Positions 61,033 to 64,000 of a stretch of 64,000 nt of DNA are shown one piece after another. The DNA is taken from positions 653 to 64,652 of the forward strand of contig JBGOYY010000009.1 of assembly GCA_041479905.1 (NCBI GenBank), in the 5' to 3' direction. The position numbers and the translations under genes were made by a program. The notes under the pieces are model-generated. The model searched no databases and was not told the DNA's origin. It worked only from the letters and a program-made list of their open reading frames with translations. Source of the DNA: Candidatus Aminicenantia bacterium. GTDB taxonomy: Bacteria; Acidobacteriota; Aminicenantia; Aminicenantales; Saccharicenantaceae. The stretch's first letter is position 1; each line of letters starts with the position of its first letter.

Positions 61033-63213
61033 TCATTTCTGGAAGATCTTCTTGACGTGGAAAGTCCCCAAGGTGAGGTCCAGGGAATCCACGACCTTTT
61101 CCCAATCGGCCGACTCGGCGGATTCGCCCGTCTTGAGAACAGCCTTGATCTTAAATTCGAACGTCAGTTGCTCCTGGGTCGCGAGCGGCAGGTAGACCAC
61201 GACGAGGTCCTTGAGCTTGTTCTTGTCGAGGTCGACGGCGGCCATCAGGCCCTCCTTGGCCTGGGCGCTGAGATAGGGGGAACGGATCTCGACGTGGAGC
61301 TTCTCGACCTCGAGGGGCGTTTCGTAGGCCGCCGGGTCGAAGACGTTGGCCAGGGCTTCGACGTTGACCTTCCTCATCCGTTCGATGTAGGAGACGACCT
61401 CGATCGTCCCCCAGATCTTGTCCAGGCATGCCTGGCAGTCGAAGTCGGGGGCGGCTTCCATCCAGAAACTCCGGGCGTAGGTCTTGAAGAAGGTGTCCAT
61501 CTTCGGGTCGGCCGGAACGCTTTTTCCCGCCGGCTTGGCGGCCTCTTTGTCCTTGTCGAGCTTCTTGTCGAGCTCGTTCTTGAGGAGCCCCATGGCGGTC
61601 TCGAGGAGCGGGTTCTTCTTCTTGGGGGGCGGGGGCGCCGTCGGGTACAACTTGCGGTACTCGGCCAGAAGCTGGTCGCGGAGGACAAGCCGGGCTTGGA
61701 CGTCCCGAGATTCGCCCGGCGGGATGACGACATCCGGTTGGCAGGCGAGGCTCTTGTAGACCTCTTCCTTATTTGGGAGCCGGAAGCGCAGGCTGACGTT
61801 GGCGATCTTCAGGGGGAAATCGGAGAGGTTGCGGACGTTATGGAGGGTCAGGAGCGAGGTCCGCTCGTCGTAGGAGAAGCCGAGTTCCTCGAGGGGCGAA
61901 TACCACCGGCCGGTGAAATACTTCAGCCCGACCTTGATGGGGATCTCGCGTTCGACCTCCCCGGTCTTGATGCGCATGCCCGCGGTCAGACCCTCCTTCT
62001 CGAGAAGGGGCTTGAGCTGGGCCAGCGTCTCCGGAGTCATGCCTATGCTGATCGGGAGTTCGGTCTCGAGAGAGCCGAACGTCGGGATACGGATATTCTC
62101 GATCTGCCAGTCCTCCCAACCTTTCATGTCGATGATGTTGGCCTCGTCGTAGGGCATGGATTTGAGGACGGCCGACGTCCCTTTGGCCGCTTTGAGCGCT
62201 TCCTCCATGACCTTGACATCGCTCGGGTCGATGTTGGCCTGGAGCGTCAGCGTCGTCCGGATCTTCTGGTCTTGCGTCCAGACCGCGCTCACGCGGTAGT
62301 CCCCGGTCGCATTCTCCCGGATGAGGTTGATCTCACGCGGCAGAAAATAATAGGTGTTCGGCTTGGCATTGTCCTTATAGACCCTATTAAGCAGGGTCAG
62401 GGGCTCTTCGATGGCGAGGGGTCCGACGTCTTCGATGGCGTGTTTGGGCGGCGCGGATCCGGCGGGCGTCAGGGTGATCGGCCTCATGTTGACCTTGTTG
62501 AAGGCCGCCAGCTCCAGTTTGGGTTTCACCGTCATTCCCCCCTGGGGCAGAGCCATGGTCGCGGTCTTGGCGGCCGCCGTCGCTCCCATGGCCGGCGTCG
62601 ACAGCCGGCTCACGGCCAGATCCTGGGTGACGGCGGCCGAGGCCCAGACGGCCCAGTCCTGAGTTGCCGTCTCACCGGCCGCGACCTGGAGCCGGAACGT
62701 GACCGTCTTGCCCGCGTACGGGCCGAGGTCGGCCGCGAGTTCGTCGAGGACGCCGTCGTAACGGGCGTTCTTGGCGGCGATGAGCCGGACGGCCCCCGTC
62801 GTCTGGTCGACGACGTGGACCTCGAAGGTCGCGCCGTCGGTGGCCGTCGCGCCTTTCAGGAATCCGACCAACGCCGTGAACTTGGCGTTGGCGGGGATCT
62901 GGACGTTGGAATAAGTCCCGAAGATCATTCCGGCCTTTTTCCATTCGGGGTGTGTTTCAAGAACGAGGGCGAAACTCTTCCCGCTTTCCAAGGCGACATT
63001 CGTCAGATGACGGACGAAACCCCGGCTGTCGCCATCCGAGCCGTTCCAGGGCAGCTCGCCCGGCGCCGTGAGGACGCGGGCCCAGCGGGCCTCCGGGGCC
63101 TTTTGGACGAAATCATAAACGACGGCCGATCCGAGCGAAGAGACGGCCCCGAGAACGAGACCGGCCAGGATGAAGATCCGCGTCAGGCGGCGGAAAGGGA
63201 ACATGGCGTCCAT
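61033..63213 (-). CDS. Secreted or anchored protein, first gene of the operon (726 aa), distant relative of the family
   Basis: AAGGAGG lies 5 nt upstream of ATG 63213. N-terminal hydrophobic segment; a unique about 200-aa N-domain; then NTYYFLPREINLI, a block analogous to the YYYxP module. Confidence 0.75.
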   Translation of the reverse strand: MDAMFPFRRLTRIFILAGLVLGAVSSLGSAVVYDFVQKAPEARWARVLTAPGELPWNGSDGDSRGFVRHLTNVALESGKSFALVLETHPEWKKAGMIFGTYSNVQIPANAKFTALVGFLKGATATDGATFEVHVVDQTTGAVRLIAAKNARYDGVLDELAADLGPYAGKTVTFRLQVAAGETATQDWAVWASAAVTQDLAVSRLSTPAMGATAAAKTATMALPQGGMTVKPKLELAAFNKVNMRPITLTPAGSAPPKHAIEDVGPLAIEEPLTLLNRVYKDNAKPNTYYFLPREINLIRENATGDYRVSAVWTQDQKIRTTLTLQANIDPSDVKVMEEALKAAKGTSAVLKSMPYDEANIIDMKGWEDWQIENIRIPTFGSLETELPISIGMTPETLAQLKPLLEKEGLTAGMRIKTGEVEREIPIKVGLKYFTGRWYSPLEELGFSYDERTSLLTLHNVRNLSDFPLKIANVSLRFRLPNKEEVYKSLACQPDVVIPPGESRDVQARLVLRDQLLAEYRKLYPTAPPPPKKKNPLLETAMGLLKNELDKKLDKDKEAAKPAGKSVPADPKMDTFFKTYARSFWMEAAPDFDCQACLDKIWGTIEVVSYIERMRKVNVEALANVFDPAAYETPLEVEKLHVEIRSPYLSAQAKEGLMAAVDLDKNKLKDLVVVYLPLATQEQLTFEFKIKAVLKTGESAESADWEKVVDSLDLTLGTFHVKKIFQK

Positions 63214-63341
63214 TCGGTCCTCCTTCTTCAGGGTAATGCGACCTTTATCCAGGGAGAAAGATCTCCCCATTGCCCAAAGACTTTAGCCGGGCGAGCGGGA
63301 TGACGAAAGGCTTTTTCAACCTCAGCACGACCTTTGAGGCT

Positions 63342-63371
63342 ATTATAAGGCCGTGAAAAAAGAGATGTCAA
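63342..63371 (-). promoter_or_regulatory. Consensus sigma70 promoter of the five-gene operon
   Basis: Minus strand: TTGACA (63371-63366), an 18-nt spacer, then TATAAT (63347-63342). It sits about 130 nt upstream of ATG 63213. Confidence 0.6.
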
Positions 63372-63442
63372 CGGACATAGCCGGCCTAAAAAATCATTCC
63401 GGTTGAAAAAATGGCCCATATGGAGATAATAATCCTCTTGTC

Positions 63443-64000
63443 ATGAAAATGGGTCCTGGTCTCAAGGTCGTCGGCCTGGCCGTTGTCTTGGCGGCCGCGG
63501 CCGCCTGCGTCCGCTTCCATCCCAAGCCGATCGCGCCGGTGAAGGCCATGGAGGATTTCGAAGCCCGGCGGCTCGACGCCCCGGAGCTCAGAGACTTTTT
63601 GCTCCGAAATCAGGACGCCAAGGACTGGCCCCCGGCCGCCTGGGACCTCAAATCGCTGACCCTGGCCGCGTTCTACTATCATCCCGACATGGACGTCGCC
63701 CGGGCCCAATGGGGGGTAGCCCGGGGCGGCCGGATCACCGCGGGCGAACGGCCCAATCCGTCCTTGAATCCGCTCGTGGGATACAACGCCACGTCGCCGA
63801 GGAGCGAGGTCACGCCCTGGATCCCCGAGGTCTCACTCGAGATCGCCATCGAAACGGCCGGCAAGCGCGGTTACCGGATCGCCGAGGCCAGGTCCCTATC
63901 CGAAGCGGCGCGCTGGAACATCCTGTCCGCGGCCTGGGAAGTGCGCAGCCGCCTGCGCGGCGCCCTGCTCGAAGCGTACGCGGCCGGCGAGAGAGAGGCT
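63443..64000 (+). CDS. TolC/CzcC-family outer-membrane efflux lipoprotein (5' part; runs off the right edge)
   Basis: Hand translation is open to the window end: MKMGPGLKVVGLAVVLAAAAACVRF (lipobox) ... LKSLTLAAFYYHPDMDVARAQWGVARG ... ETAGKRGYRIAEA, typical of the N-terminal region of efflux OMFs. Confidence 0.7.
   Translation, partial: MKMGPGLKVVGLAVVLAAAAACVRFHPKPIAPVKAMEDFEARRLDAPELRDFLLRNQDAKDWPPAAWDLKSLTLAAFYYHPDMDVARAQWGVARGGRITAGERPNPSLNPLVGYNATSPRSEVTPWIPEVSLEIAIETAGKRGYRIAEARSLSEAARWNILSAAWEVRSRLRGALLEAYAAGEREA

Noticed and set aside
1-64000. Search by eye for CRISPR arrays, rRNA, tRNA/tmRNA, IS elements, transposases or integrases.
   Set aside because: I saw no regularly spaced direct repeats, no tRNA-like GGTTCGA-type arms in the intergenic regions, and no ORF with recombinase or transposase motifs. 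A by-eye scan cannot exclude small RNAs.

Overview
High-GC bacterial chromosomal segment. All family calls come from motifs read by eye; nothing was computed or searched. Secreted TPR proteins, CarboxypepD_reg-type TonB-dependent receptors and a GWxTD protein suggest an Acidobacteriota-like or related environmental lineage (inference). Housekeeping genes are tyrS, trpS, pyrB, threonine synthase, an acyl-CoA ligase, a Nudix CoA pyrophosphatase and a parvulin PPIase. There is also a pgsB-pgsC poly-gamma-glutamate locus without pgsA, a pair of M16 peptidases, an M3 peptidase (dcp-like) and a small glycan-related cluster (GH20-like, DUF1080). Two regions stand out. (1) Between tyrS and dcp (about 18.4-32.1 kb) lies a compositionally mosaic, partly very AT-rich insert. 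Its co-oriented minus-strand gene blocks are separated by five attC-like imperfect palindromes, giving an integron-type cassette array with no integrase in the window. The cassettes are dcm + GHKL ATPase (possible HEPN tail) + vsr; an orphan 355-aa protein; an orphan polytopic membrane protein; and a complete type I R-M system (hsdM, DUF1016 nuclease, hsdS, hsdR). A DUF998 membrane gene sits at the distal end. (2) At 53.8-63.4 kb a consensus sigma70 promoter precedes a tight five-gene operon of mutually paralogous signal-peptide proteins (338-927 aa) that I cannot place in any family; this is my best candidate for an undescribed system. Smaller oddities are two genes with no canonical start codon (pgsB, MGMT-like), a tandem duplication of a beta-barrel OMP gene that carried along the tail of the neighbouring cupin gene, and an AT-rich regulatory gap upstream of a TonB-dependent receptor. 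I saw no rRNA, tRNA or CRISPR.
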